A stretch of DNA of 64,000 nt, taken from assembly GCA_045614025.1 (NCBI GenBank), contig JAZLCE010000017.1, positions 3,875-67,874 on the forward strand, written 5' to 3'. The DNA comes from Alphaproteobacteria bacterium (GTDB lineage Bacteria; Pseudomonadota; Alphaproteobacteria; CAAHEQ01; UBA3637). Below, one piece after another: positions 39,412 through 49,507 of the stretch (the first letter of the stretch is position 1; each line of letters starts with the position of its first letter). The position numbers and the translations under genes were made by a program. The notes beneath the pieces are model-generated. The model worked only from the letters and a program-made list of their open reading frames with translations, ran no database searches and was not told the DNA's origin.

Positions 39412-39436
39412 CTTTTTGAGTGGTGTTGCCAAAAAG
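39412..39436 (+). promoter_or_regulatory. 5'-UTR hairpin upstream of thrS
   Basis: CTTTTTG-AGTGGTGTTGC-CAAAAAG. The loop contains GGU and UGU triplets. Confidence 0.3.
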
Positions 39437-39476
39437 AGGTAAAGGGTTTGTTTAACAATATTAAAGAGGATAAAAA

Positions 39477-41402
39477 ATGATAGAAATTAAATTACCAGAT
39501 GATTCCAAACTAATGATGGAATCTGGCGTTTCAGGGTTAGATATTGCAAAACAAATCAGCGAAGGCTTGGCTAAAAATGCCGTTGCCGTTCGGGTGAATA
39601 ATGAATTAACAGATCTCACAACACCAATCACAACTAATGCATCTGTTTCAATTATTACCACGAAAAATGAAGAAGCTTTGGGGATTTTACGTCATACAAC
39701 AGCACATGTATTGGCTCATGCGGTTACGCGTCTTTACAAGGATGTTCAAGTAACAATTGGTCCTGCTATTGAAAATGGTTTTTACTATGATTTCTTTGGC
39801 ATTGTGATTAAAGAATCAGATTTGCCTGCAATTGAAGAGGAAATGAAAAAAATTGTTGCTGCCGATTATGAAATTAAACGCACAGTTGTTTCAAGAGAAG
39901 AAGCTGAAAAAGTTTTTGAAGAACGTGGCGAAAAGTATAAACTTGAAATTTTGCGTGATATGCCTGAAGAAATTAAAGAAGTTTCTTTATATACGCAAGA
40001 TGATTATGTTGAATTATGCAGAGGTCCACATTTATCTAGCACGGGAAAGGTTGGAACTGCATTTAAATTAACAAAAGTTTCCGCATCATATTGGCGCGGT
40101 GATGCAACAAAAGAATCTTTGCAACGTGTATATGGAACGGCATTCTTTAATGAAAAAGACTTGAAAAATTATTTCACAATGTTAGAAGAAGCTGAAAAAA
40201 GAGATCATAGAAAACTTGGTAAAGAAATGGATTTTTTCCATTTTGAAGAATATGCTCCAGGGGATGTTTTTTGGCATCCAAGAGGTTGGACTTTCTTCCA
40301 AACTTTGATTGATTACATGCGTAAAAGACAAAGAGAAGTTGGTTATGTTGAAGTGAATACTCCACAATTAATGAACCGTGTTCTTTGGGAAACATCAGGT
40401 CACTGGGATTGGTATCAAGAAAATATGTATACAACTGAAATTGAAGGTAAAGCCTTTGCCTTGAAACCAATGAACTGTCCAGGTGGGATGTTGATCTTTA
40501 AACAAGGGATTACAAGCTATCGTGATTTACCTCAATATATTGGTGAATTTGGTCGTGTGCATCGTAATGAAGCATCTGGTGCCATTCATGGATTGATGCG
40601 TGTGCGTGCATTTACGCAAGATGATGCGCATATTTTCTGTACACCAGAGCAATTGAAAGAAGAATTGCAAAAAGTTGTCCGCTTGATGCTCAGTATTTAT
40701 AAAGATTTTGGTTTGACGGATATGTCTATTAAATTATCAACAAGACCAAAAGAACGTATTGGTTCAGATGAAATTTGGGATATGCTTGAAAATTCATTGG
40801 CTGAAGCATTAACGGATATGGGATATTCTTATACAATTAATCCAGGTGATGGTGCTTTCTATGGTCCAAAACTTGACTTTAAGATGAGAGATGCTTTGGG
40901 TCGTGAATGGCAATTGGGTACATTGCAAGCGGATTTAAATTTGCCAGAACGTTTTGATGTTTCTTATATTGGTGAAGATGGTGAAAAACATCGTCCAATT
41001 ATGTTGCACAGAGCTTTATTTGGATCTTTAGAACGTTTTGCTGGTGTTTTCCTTGAAATTTCTGGTGGCCATTTACCATTCTGGTTGGCTCCTGTTCAAA
41101 TTATGGTTATGCCAGTTACAAATGATCAAGATGAATATGCTAAAAAGGTTGCTCGTAAATTAAATGTTGCAGGTATTAAAGCAGAAACAGATTTGCGTAG
41201 CGAAAAAGTTGGATATAAAATCAGAGAACATTCTTTGAAGAAAATTCCAGTTATTCTTGTTGTTGGTAAAAAAGAAGCAGAAGAAGAAACTGTTACTATT
41301 CGTCGTTTAGGATCTCAAGCTCAAGAAGTTAAATCTTTACAAGAGGCTATTAAAGATTTTAAAATTGAAGCAAGATATCCAAGCCTTGAATATGAAGATT
41401 AA
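39477..41402 (+). CDS. thrS: Threonine--tRNA ligase
   Basis: TGS domain, editing-domain HTTAHVLAHA, class II motifs (FRVHRNE-type GRVHRNEASG) and an anticodon-binding domain. Confidence 0.95.
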   Translation: MIEIKLPDDSKLMMESGVSGLDIAKQISEGLAKNAVAVRVNNELTDLTTPITTNASVSIITTKNEEALGILRHTTAHVLAHAVTRLYKDVQVTIGPAIENGFYYDFFGIVIKESDLPAIEEEMKKIVAADYEIKRTVVSREEAEKVFEERGEKYKLEILRDMPEEIKEVSLYTQDDYVELCRGPHLSSTGKVGTAFKLTKVSASYWRGDATKESLQRVYGTAFFNEKDLKNYFTMLEEAEKRDHRKLGKEMDFFHFEEYAPGDVFWHPRGWTFFQTLIDYMRKRQREVGYVEVNTPQLMNRVLWETSGHWDWYQENMYTTEIEGKAFALKPMNCPGGMLIFKQGITSYRDLPQYIGEFGRVHRNEASGAIHGLMRVRAFTQDDAHIFCTPEQLKEELQKVVRLMLSIYKDFGLTDMSIKLSTRPKERIGSDEIWDMLENSLAEALTDMGYSYTINPGDGAFYGPKLDFKMRDALGREWQLGTLQADLNLPERFDVSYIGEDGEKHRPIMLHRALFGSLERFAGVFLEISGGHLPFWLAPVQIMVMPVTNDQDEYAKKVARKLNVAGIKAETDLRSEKVGYKIREHSLKKIPVILVVGKKEAEEETVTIRRLGSQAQEVKSLQEAIKDFKIEARYPSLEYED

Positions 41403-41412
41403 TTCTTAAAAT

Positions 41413-41447
41413 AAAAAAAAGAGCGTTTAGTTTAAACGCTCTTTTTT
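41413..41447 (+). terminator. Intrinsic terminator after thrS
   Basis: GAGCGTTTA-GTT-TAAACGCTC-T6. Confidence 0.8.
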
Positions 41448-41506
41448 GTTGCAATTTTTTTTTATGTTGATTACAAATGATATAGATTATTATAATGGGA
41501 GTTAAA

Positions 41507-42577
41507 ATGATTTTAAAAAAGAAAATAATTTGTGTCATTGCTGCATTAATTTTTGTTATTGCAGGGAGTTTAGGTGGGTATTGTTTTTTTAAACGTCCTT
41601 ATTTTTCAGTTATTGTTTGTTCATATAATTATGGTCATTTTTTGCCACAGACAATTGAGTCTATTTTAGATTCTTCATATCAAAATTTTGAATTAATTGT
41701 TGTGAATGATGGCTCAACAGATAAAACATCTGAAATTTTAAATAAGTATAGAAATCATAAAAAAATAACAATCATTGAACATGAAAATCAGGGACTTTCC
41801 TTATCAAGAAATAAGGCAATGAAAATTGCTAAAGGTAAATATTTTTGGTTTGTAGATGCGGATGATTGGATTGATGTTGATGCATTAAAACACTTATATG
41901 AAAAAACAAAAGAAACTTCTCCAGATCTTGTTTCTTTTTATACCAGTAATGTGAATGCAGATGGGATGTTTTTAGGGATGGGTGGTTATGATATGTTGCC
42001 ATCTAAACTTGAAAATAATCCTGATAAAATTTTCACGATTGAAGATTTAAGCGTGGGTGATTTAATGGGATATCCTGTAACGAGCGGCAAGCAAATTTAT
42101 AGAAGAGAGTTCACCTTAGAAAATGGGATTGATTTTCCAGCCAGAACGTTGTTTGAAGATGATGTTTTCTTTTCGCATCATATCTTTGCTGGTGCTCGTA
42201 TTTCACCTTTGCCAATGGTGCTTTATTATAAACGTTCACATGGCAATGCGATTACTGCAGATAAACCAAAGCATTATGATTCATATATTAGAATTTGTCA
42301 GTATATATGGGAAAGAACGCACAGATATCCACAACATGAGCAAAAAGCAACTGATTTTTCAAATGTCTATATAAATGGAATTGTTCCTCGTTGGAATTGG
42401 TTGTCATCTGAAAGAAAATATAAATTTTATCCAGAGCTTTTAAAATGGAAAGAATTTCTTAAAAAACAACCAGATAATGATTTTTGGAACGAAAAGAGAG
42501 CGCATTTTGATCGCTTTTTAAATTCAGATGAAATTTTAAAATATAAACCAAATAATGAAGAAAAAACTGGTCAGTAA
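41507..42577 (+). CDS. Family 2 glycosyltransferase
   Basis: SVIVCSYNYGHFL..SILDSSYQNFELIVVNDGSTD and DADD motifs. GGGAG SD before the second ATG. Confidence 0.8.
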   Translation: MILKKKIICVIAALIFVIAGSLGGYCFFKRPYFSVIVCSYNYGHFLPQTIESILDSSYQNFELIVVNDGSTDKTSEILNKYRNHKKITIIEHENQGLSLSRNKAMKIAKGKYFWFVDADDWIDVDALKHLYEKTKETSPDLVSFYTSNVNADGMFLGMGGYDMLPSKLENNPDKIFTIEDLSVGDLMGYPVTSGKQIYRREFTLENGIDFPARTLFEDDVFFSHHIFAGARISPLPMVLYYKRSHGNAITADKPKHYDSYIRICQYIWERTHRYPQHEQKATDFSNVYINGIVPRWNWLSSERKYKFYPELLKWKEFLKKQPDNDFWNEKRAHFDRFLNSDEILKYKPNNEEKTGQ

Positions 42578-42591
42578 GACCAGTTTTTTTT
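42566..42591 (+). terminator. Intrinsic terminator after the GT2 gene
   Basis: ACTGGTC-AGTAA-GACCAGT-T8. The stop codon lies in the loop. Confidence 0.8.
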
Positions 42592-42607
42592 ATTCCATTT
42601 TCTTTTG

Positions 42608-42636
42608 TTGACAAGAATTAATGGATAATATATTAT
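42608..42636 (+). promoter_or_regulatory. Sigma70-like promoter of hipBA
   Basis: TTGACA-N17-TATTAT. Confidence 0.5.
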
Positions 42637-42673
42637 ATGTAAAAATCAAAAAACAGCATTAAGGGATAATATA

Positions 42674-42976
42674 ATGACAATTCTTTTGAAAACTCCAACA
42701 GAAGTGATGAAAGATGTTGCTTCGCGCGTCAAATCAAAGCGTTTGGCTCTTAATTTAACACAGGAAGGTATTTCGCTGCGTTCTGGTGTGAGCTTGGGAT
42801 CTTTAAAGCGTTTTGAATCAACAGGCCAAATTTCATTAGAATCTTTATTAAAGCTTGCTCATGCAGTTAATTCGCTTTCAGATTTTGAAGACTTATTTCA
42901 AACTGATATAAGTCAGGTAAGTTTATTTAACCAAAAATCAGACAATAAAGTTCGTCAAAGAGGAAAATTAAAATAA
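42674..42976 (+). CDS. hipB: XRE-family HTH antitoxin (HipB-like)
   Basis: HTH segment LNLTQEGISLRSGVSLGSLKRFE, directly upstream of hipA. Confidence 0.7.
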   Translation: MTILLKTPTEVMKDVASRVKSKRLALNLTQEGISLRSGVSLGSLKRFESTGQISLESLLKLAHAVNSLSDFEDLFQTDISQVSLFNQKSDNKVRQRGKLK

Positions 42977-42988
42977 AAAAGAGGGAAC

Positions 42989-44176
42989 ATGCGCTTAAAT
43001 GTTTATTTGAATGCTTATCAAAAAAGGAATTTTATTGGTGTTTTGGAGGGGAAAGATAAAATTTTATTTGAGTATGCCTCTTCTTTTATAAAAACGGGAA
43101 TTAATTTATCCCCTTTTATGTTGCCTTTAAAGGAGGGTGTTTTTTATGATAAAAAACAAACATTTGATGGTTTATTTGGCCTATTTAATGATTCGCTTCC
43201 TGATGGGTGGGGCTGTTTGTTGTTAGATAGATATTTGCAAAAGCAAGGTCTTTCATATTATGATATCACGCCATTACATCGTCTTTCAATTGTGGGGAAA
43301 GAAAGTTTAGGTGCGCTTGAATATGAACCGCAAGAATCGAATGATGAAGTTAAAATTGAAGAAATTGAATTAGATGAGCTTTCTTTGGGAGCGCATCAGA
43401 TTTTAGAAGGAGCGAGTTCTGATTTGTTGGATCATTTAAAGTCCTTAAATGGCTCAACAGCAGGAGCAAGACCAAAAATTACAGCACAAGTTTCTGATGA
43501 TTTTAAAATTATTCGAAGTGGAAGAACATATCAAAAAGGTTTTTCTCCTTGGATTATTAAATTTTCTTCTGACACGGATGAGCGAAATTTAGGGGCATTA
43601 GAATATATTTATTCATTAATGGCAAAAAAAGCCGGTGTTGAAATGCCTGAAACATATTTATTCCCTTCAAAAAATTCAGCAGGGCATTTTGCAACAAAGC
43701 GCTTTGATAGAGAGGGAAAAAATAAAATTCATATTCATAGTGCTTGTGGTCTTTTGCATGCATCACATCGCATTCCAACGTTAGATTATGAAAATTTAAT
43801 TCGATTAACCAGTCATTTAACTCATGATACAAGAGAAGTTGAAAAAATGGTCCGATTAATGTTTTTTAATGTTAAAGCTGGTAATAAGGATGATCATACA
43901 AAAAATTTTGCTTATATGATGACGAAAAATTATGAATGGAAAATGACTCCTGCTTTTGATATTACTCCCTCAAATGGGATTAACGGAGAACAAACAGCTA
44001 TGGTAAATGGAAAGGGAAGAAAAATTTTAAATGAAGATTTAATTGAAACGGCTAAAATATCGGGATTGCCATTGCAAAAAATAAAGCAAATACTTTCTGA
44101 AGTTGAAGAGGCTCTTTCTTTTTATCCTTTGCTTTTAAAAGAGTTTTTAGGTTATTCTGTTTTTCATTTAAAGTAA
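42989..44176 (+). CDS. hipA: Type II toxin HipA-family Ser/Thr kinase
   Basis: N-terminal coupling domain (LPDGWG), GARPK, and catalytic-loop GNKDDHTKNF. Confidence 0.85.
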   Translation: MRLNVYLNAYQKRNFIGVLEGKDKILFEYASSFIKTGINLSPFMLPLKEGVFYDKKQTFDGLFGLFNDSLPDGWGCLLLDRYLQKQGLSYYDITPLHRLSIVGKESLGALEYEPQESNDEVKIEEIELDELSLGAHQILEGASSDLLDHLKSLNGSTAGARPKITAQVSDDFKIIRSGRTYQKGFSPWIIKFSSDTDERNLGALEYIYSLMAKKAGVEMPETYLFPSKNSAGHFATKRFDREGKNKIHIHSACGLLHASHRIPTLDYENLIRLTSHLTHDTREVEKMVRLMFFNVKAGNKDDHTKNFAYMMTKNYEWKMTPAFDITPSNGINGEQTAMVNGKGRKILNEDLIETAKISGLPLQKIKQILSEVEEALSFYPLLLKEFLGYSVFHLK

Positions 44177-44180
44177 TAAA

Positions 44181-44207
44181 AAAGCGGCTCAAAATGAACC
44201 GCTTTTC
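44181..44207. terminator. Probable bidirectional terminator
   Basis: AAGCGG-loop-CCGCTT with flanking A/T runs. Confidence 0.5.
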
Positions 44208-44222
44208 TCTTTATTTGTTTTG

Positions 44223-44765
44223 TTATTTATCTGCATCTGCGGCTACTTGCATTTTAACGATAATGTCTGGATTTGAAACAGCACCATTATTTGCACTTGT
44301 GCCAGCTTTAATCATATCAACAAATTCCATGCCAGAAGTCACTTGACCGAAAACTGTGTATTGGCCATCCAAGAAACCAGCGTCATCAAAACAGATGAAA
44401 AATTGGCTATCAGCACTGTTTGGATCCATAGCTCTTGCCATTGAAACAGTTCCTCTACCATGGTGTTTTGAGTTAAATTCAGCTTTTAATTTTTTGCCAG
44501 AACCACCCATTCCAGTTCCTGTTGGATCTCCTGTTTGAGCCATAAATCCTGGGATAACGCGATGGAATTTAACGCCATTATAAAATCCTTCGCGTGTAAG
44601 TTCTTTAATTCTTGCAACATGGTTTGGCGCTACATCAGGGTATAATTCGATTGTAACGCGACCATTTTCTGTATCTAAATAGAGTGTATTTTCTTTATCC
44701 ATAGCTTTTGCTCCTGTTGTTGTGAGTAATAACCCTGCAATGAGGGAAAGTATCCATTTTTTCAT
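44223..44765 (-). CDS. ppiA: Periplasmic cyclophilin-type peptidyl-prolyl isomerase
   Basis: Signal peptide plus FHRVIPGFMAQTGDP and FFICF motifs. Confidence 0.9.
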   Translation of the reverse strand: MKKWILSLIAGLLLTTTGAKAMDKENTLYLDTENGRVTIELYPDVAPNHVARIKELTREGFYNGVKFHRVIPGFMAQTGDPTGTGMGGSGKKLKAEFNSKHHGRGTVSMARAMDPNSADSQFFICFDDAGFLDGQYTVFGQVTSGMEFVDMIKAGTSANNGAVSNPDIIVKMQVAADADK

Positions 44766-44838
44766 ATTTCTGTCCTTTCCGTTATAAAAAATAACTGACT
44801 TTGATTAAAATATAAAAAAAAGAGTTTGTCAAAAGATT

Positions 44839-45525
44839 TTATAATTCCTTTAACATTTCTTCCGTTAAATAAATATCATTCATATCATTGATGTCAATGC
44901 AGTATTTAGAATCAACTTCAAATCCATAGGGGATATCATTCAAACTTGTTTCTGAAGAAAGGAGCTCTGTTTTGCTTAAATAGAGCATGCCATTCACATA
45001 AACTGCTTTTGGCATATCTTGACGGCGAACGGTTGATTGTTGTGTTAAAACATTTGTAAGGGCCTCTTCTTTTTGCCAACGAACTAAGATAGGATTATAT
45101 TTCACTTGATGAACTGAAAGCATTTGATTTAAATTTTTATCAATGCATTCTTTAATAATCCCATCAATATGAAAAGGTTGTCTTAATGGTGAGGTTGGTT
45201 GAAGTTGTAAAATATAATCAAAATGTTTTCCTTGTTTTTTTAATTCTTCAATTGCGTGAATAATACAGTCGATTGATTTTGATGTGTCTAAAGCTAATTC
45301 TTGGGGCCTGTCAATTACATTACAGCCGTTTTCTAAACAACAGTTTTTAATGTTTTCACCATCTGTTGAGCAATAAATGGCATCTACATAAGAACTCATC
45401 TTTGCGGCATCAATTGTGTAATTGATCAATGGTTTCCCATTAATTGGATAAATGTTTTTATCTTTAATCCCCTTTGAACCAGCTCTTGCTGTAATGATTG
45501 CGCAAATAGATTTGTTTTGATACAT
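44839..45525 (-). CDS. Acylneuraminate (CMP-sugar) cytidylyltransferase family protein
   Basis: AIITARAGSKGIKDKNI N-terminal signature and LQPTSPLR motif. Confidence 0.75.
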   Translation of the reverse strand: MYQNKSICAIITARAGSKGIKDKNIYPINGKPLINYTIDAAKMSSYVDAIYCSTDGENIKNCCLENGCNVIDRPQELALDTSKSIDCIIHAIEELKKQGKHFDYILQLQPTSPLRQPFHIDGIIKECIDKNLNQMLSVHQVKYNPILVRWQKEEALTNVLTQQSTVRRQDMPKAVYVNGMLYLSKTELLSSETSLNDIPYGFEVDSKYCIDINDMNDIYLTEEMLKEL

Positions 45526-45543
45526 GCAAGCTCCTTTCTTTTT

Positions 45544-46824
45544 TTAAGCGCATTTTTTAACTTGTTTTAATAAATAAATTGATAATAGACAAAGTATAAT
45601 CGTTGAAGTATAAAATAAATTCCACTGAAAAACGGTTTTGTTTGTTATGGTTAAGATATCAGCAAATTTGCTGAACCAATTTAGAGATAACCCTGCAATA
45701 ATTGAACCCAGAGCTGCCGCAAATGATTTAAATACAGAGTTAACAGATAAATAAACTGAAGACATGTTTTGGGGCATATAGAGTAAAGATGTGTTATTAA
45801 TTCCAAGAGCCAAGGCGGCGGTTGAAATTCCCAAAAGGATGTTAACAAATATTAGAGTGCCTAGTAATGCCAAACCTGTTATTGAATAAATATTTAATCC
45901 CATAAAAATAAGAGTGCATAAAATAAAGATAGGGATAGAAGCAATTAAAATTTTTTCTGGACCTTTTCTATCACTCATTTTTCCCCATTTTTTAACAATA
46001 AAGGTGTAAACAATCCATTGTAAAAGAGTTAAGGCGATAATTGTTGACATTTCAACATTTAAGTTTTTGAGCATAAAAACAGTTAAAAAGGGTGTAATGA
46101 AGTTGATTGAAAAGTTTAATACACTTAAGGCGGTTAATAATTTTGAAAATGGCTTATTTTGAAAGGTGTGCGTCACTTTTTTAATAAATGGGATATCTTT
46201 TTTAGTTGGGATTTTTTTATCTTCAATATGAAAAAAAGTGCATGCACCATAAATGCTAATTAAAAAAGCTAAAAAGATTAAAAAAGCATAAGAGTAAAGT
46301 TCACCATTTTGATAGGGTTTAGCAATTTTTATTAGATAGAATGCAAAAATAAAGCAAATTATTTTTGCAATCATCATCCACTTAAATCGGTGAGAGAAAA
46401 ATCTACCCATCATACGTGAAGGAATAAGTTCCTTCATCCAAGGCATCCAAGCCCCCCCACAAATGGATCCGATTAGATATGAAAATAACAGTGAGATAAT
46501 TAATACAGGAACCGTCCAACTTGATCCTTGAAAAAAACAGAGCATGGCTGCAATTAAATAAAAAGGTCGGGCTAAAAATGAAGACCATAGGGCAATTTTT
46601 TTTGCTGAAACACCTTTTTCAATTAAATATGAAGATAGAATGTGAGCCATGTTTCCAATAAAAGGAATGGCTCCTAAAAATCCAATAGAAAGGTTCCCTG
46701 CGCCCAGTAAAAGCGCATAGGCGGTGAGAGTGTTGCCAACGGCCAAAGAATCCATGGCTGATGTTGCAATTCCCCCTCTAAAAACATAATCTAAAGATTT
46801 GTGGAGATGATTGTCTTTAGTCAT
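45544..46824 (-). CDS. MFS-type transporter
   Basis: About 12 hydrophobic segments in 426 aa. Family assigned from topology only. Confidence 0.55.
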   Translation of the reverse strand: MTKDNHLHKSLDYVFRGGIATSAMDSLAVGNTLTAYALLLGAGNLSIGFLGAIPFIGNMAHILSSYLIEKGVSAKKIALWSSFLARPFYLIAAMLCFFQGSSWTVPVLIISLLFSYLIGSICGGAWMPWMKELIPSRMMGRFFSHRFKWMMIAKIICFIFAFYLIKIAKPYQNGELYSYAFLIFLAFLISIYGACTFFHIEDKKIPTKKDIPFIKKVTHTFQNKPFSKLLTALSVLNFSINFITPFLTVFMLKNLNVEMSTIIALTLLQWIVYTFIVKKWGKMSDRKGPEKILIASIPIFILCTLIFMGLNIYSITGLALLGTLIFVNILLGISTAALALGINNTSLLYMPQNMSSVYLSVNSVFKSFAAALGSIIAGLSLNWFSKFADILTITNKTVFQWNLFYTSTIILCLLSIYLLKQVKKCA

Positions 46825-46967
46825 TTATATTTTTGTATCCCTAATAATTTTATGTATGGAACATGTTTAGCATAAAGAGATTTTTTATGCAACCTGTTGT
46901 TATTAATTATTCCTTGATTTTTTGCTAATTTTTAAGTATCCTTTATCCATTAAAAGAAAGGAAAATA

Positions 46968-47837
46968 ATGACTGAAACATTAAATTATGATTTTAAAATT
47001 TTGCTTGATCCTAAACATGTTCCTATTTTTGAAGATGTTTTATCGGAAATTGCGGCAGCAGTACTCACAGTGATGATTGAAAAAGGTGAAAATAAAGGGT
47101 TGTGGGAGTTGCAAGCAATTTTTGAAGGAAAGCCAGATGAAGGGGAAGTTTTGGGTGCTATTCAAAGAGCATCAGATATCCTTCAAATCAAAGTTCCTGC
47201 TGTTAAAATTGAAGCAATGGAAAATAAAAATTGGCTTTTGGAATGTTATCAAAGTTTTAAACCAATCACAATTGGTAAATATTTTATTTATGGTTCGCAT
47301 ATTGACGAAGTGCCAAGTGATAAGATTTCTCTTCAAATTGATGCTGCAACAGCTTTTGGTACAGGGGAACATCAAACAACTCATGGGTGTTTAGAAGCTT
47401 TAAATGAACTTGATTTTGTTCCACAAAAAGTGATTGATGTGGGATGTGGATCTGGTATTTTATCAATGGCTTATGCAAAAACATTTAATAAAAAAGTTGA
47501 TGCTGTTGATATTGACCCAGAATCTGTTCGTGTGGCAACTCAAAATGCTTCTATTAATGGATTAGATGGTTTAATGAGGGTTTGGCATAGTAATGGATAT
47601 GAACAAGTTCAAGATAAATATGATTTAGTGTTATGCAATATCTTAGCTCGCCCATTAATGGATATGGCTGCGGATTTAAAAGATCATTTAAATGAGGGCG
47701 GTGTTGCTATTTTATCTGGGTTTTTGAATCGTCAAGAACGTTGGGTATTAAAAGCACATACAGATATCGGTTTTAAACTTTTAAAACGTTATCGGATAAA
47801 TGGATGGAGCACATTAGTTATTCAAAAAGGCGAATAA
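46968..47837 (+). CDS. prmA: Ribosomal protein L11 methyltransferase
   Basis: FGTGEHQTT and SAM-binding VIDVGCGSGILS. Confidence 0.85.
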   Translation: MTETLNYDFKILLDPKHVPIFEDVLSEIAAAVLTVMIEKGENKGLWELQAIFEGKPDEGEVLGAIQRASDILQIKVPAVKIEAMENKNWLLECYQSFKPITIGKYFIYGSHIDEVPSDKISLQIDAATAFGTGEHQTTHGCLEALNELDFVPQKVIDVGCGSGILSMAYAKTFNKKVDAVDIDPESVRVATQNASINGLDGLMRVWHSNGYEQVQDKYDLVLCNILARPLMDMAADLKDHLNEGGVAILSGFLNRQERWVLKAHTDIGFKLLKRYRINGWSTLVIQKGE

Positions 47838-47838
47838 A

Positions 47839-49503
47839 ATGACAACTCTTTTATCTGAAATTCAAGATGATTTAATTCAAAATGATTTAGATGGTGTTTT
47901 AATTCTTAAAAGTGATCCATTTTTATCAGGGTATTATGCTCCTTATAAAGATCGCCTGAAAGATGTTAGTTCTTTTTCTGGATCAGATGGAGTTGCCCTT
48001 GTTTTAAAACAAGATGGCATATTGTTTGTTGATTCAAGATATACAGAGCAAGCTAAAATCCAATCTGATTTTAAAGTTTTTGAAGTGCCATCAGAAACAA
48101 GACTTTCCCTTTGGATGAAAGAAAATATGAAAGGGAAAAAAGTTTTATTTGATGATAAAGTTCATTCACTTGAATGGGTTGAACAAATGAATGTTCTTTT
48201 AAAAGAATCTCATGTCACTTTGATTTCAGATGAAAAAAGATTGTTTGATAAATGGTTTAAACCTGTTTCATTTAAACAAGATTTATTTGATTATGATATT
48301 TTGTTTTTAGGAAGTTCTTCTGATGAAAAAATAAAAAAAGTTCAAGCTTATTTAAATGAAAAGAATTTAGATGCGCTTTTTATCCTTTCTCCTGAAAATG
48401 CATCTTGGTTATTAAATAAAAGAGATAAAAACAAAAGTGATTATCCAGTTGTTTATAAAAGATTGATTGTGATGAAAAATGGGGATGTTTTAGATTTTGA
48501 TGAAAATATTAAAGCATTAAAAGGTTTAAAAACAGCGGTTGATTTAAAAAAGGCAAGTCTTTATTTGGTTAATGAACTTAAAAAGAATAATGTTTTTATT
48601 CAGCATGAAACGGAAATTATTGATGAATTAAAAGCGCAGAAAAACAATATTGAAATTCAAAACATTAAAAATGCTTGTTTATTTGAAAGTGTTGTAATTT
48701 CAAAATTTTTAGCATTTGTTGAACAGAATAAAAAAACAATCACGGAAATAGATTGTGATGAAAAATTAAAAGAATTGCGTTCCTTATCCCCTCTTTATTT
48801 TCACGATAGTTTTCAAACAATTGCTGCAAGTGGATCTCATGCTGCACAAGCTCACTATGCTGCAACAAAAGAAACAAACGCAAAAATTATTGATTATCCA
48901 ATGCTTTTGGTTGATACGGGTGGGCATTATTTAAATGGGACAACGGATATGACAAGAACAATTGCTATTGGTTCTGTTACCCCATTGATGAAACAAAGGT
49001 ATACAGAGGTTTTAAAAGGGCATATTCAAGTGGCCTTATCTTCTTTAAAAGAAGGTGACTCAACAGCGTTGATGGATGAAAAAGCGCATCAATATTTGCG
49101 TGATTCCGGGGTTGATTATTATCATTCAACGGGGCATGGGATTGGAATGATGCTTGGGGTTCATGAATATCCACCAGCCATTCATGCAAAAGATGAAAAA
49201 GGGTTAAAAGCGGGAATGGTATTTTCAAATGAGCCAGCCTATTATTCAGCTGAAGAAGGATTTGGTATTCGTTTGGAAAATATGCTTTTTTCTGTGAAAA
49301 AAGAAGATGGTGGTTTAGAATTTGAAAATTTATTGTTTATTCCATTTGATTATCGTTTGGTTGATTTTGAATTATTATCAGATCAAGAAAAAGAATGGTT
49401 AAAAATATATCATCAAAAAATTAAAGATATTATCTTGCCAAATTTAACGGATGATGAAAAAGAAATTTTAATGTCATTTATATTGGCATTTGTGAAAGGA
49501 TAA
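47839..49503 (+). CDS. M24-family aminopeptidase P-like protein
   Basis: Pita-bread metal ligands (D..D, HSTGHGIG, SNEPAYY, ENML) and a long N-terminal creatinase-like region. Confidence 0.8.
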   Translation: MTTLLSEIQDDLIQNDLDGVLILKSDPFLSGYYAPYKDRLKDVSSFSGSDGVALVLKQDGILFVDSRYTEQAKIQSDFKVFEVPSETRLSLWMKENMKGKKVLFDDKVHSLEWVEQMNVLLKESHVTLISDEKRLFDKWFKPVSFKQDLFDYDILFLGSSSDEKIKKVQAYLNEKNLDALFILSPENASWLLNKRDKNKSDYPVVYKRLIVMKNGDVLDFDENIKALKGLKTAVDLKKASLYLVNELKKNNVFIQHETEIIDELKAQKNNIEIQNIKNACLFESVVISKFLAFVEQNKKTITEIDCDEKLKELRSLSPLYFHDSFQTIAASGSHAAQAHYAATKETNAKIIDYPMLLVDTGGHYLNGTTDMTRTIAIGSVTPLMKQRYTEVLKGHIQVALSSLKEGDSTALMDEKAHQYLRDSGVDYYHSTGHGIGMMLGVHEYPPAIHAKDEKGLKAGMVFSNEPAYYSAEEGFGIRLENMLFSVKKEDGGLEFENLLFIPFDYRLVDFELLSDQEKEWLKIYHQKIKDIILPNLTDDEKEILMSFILAFVKG

Positions 49504-49507
49504 AAAA

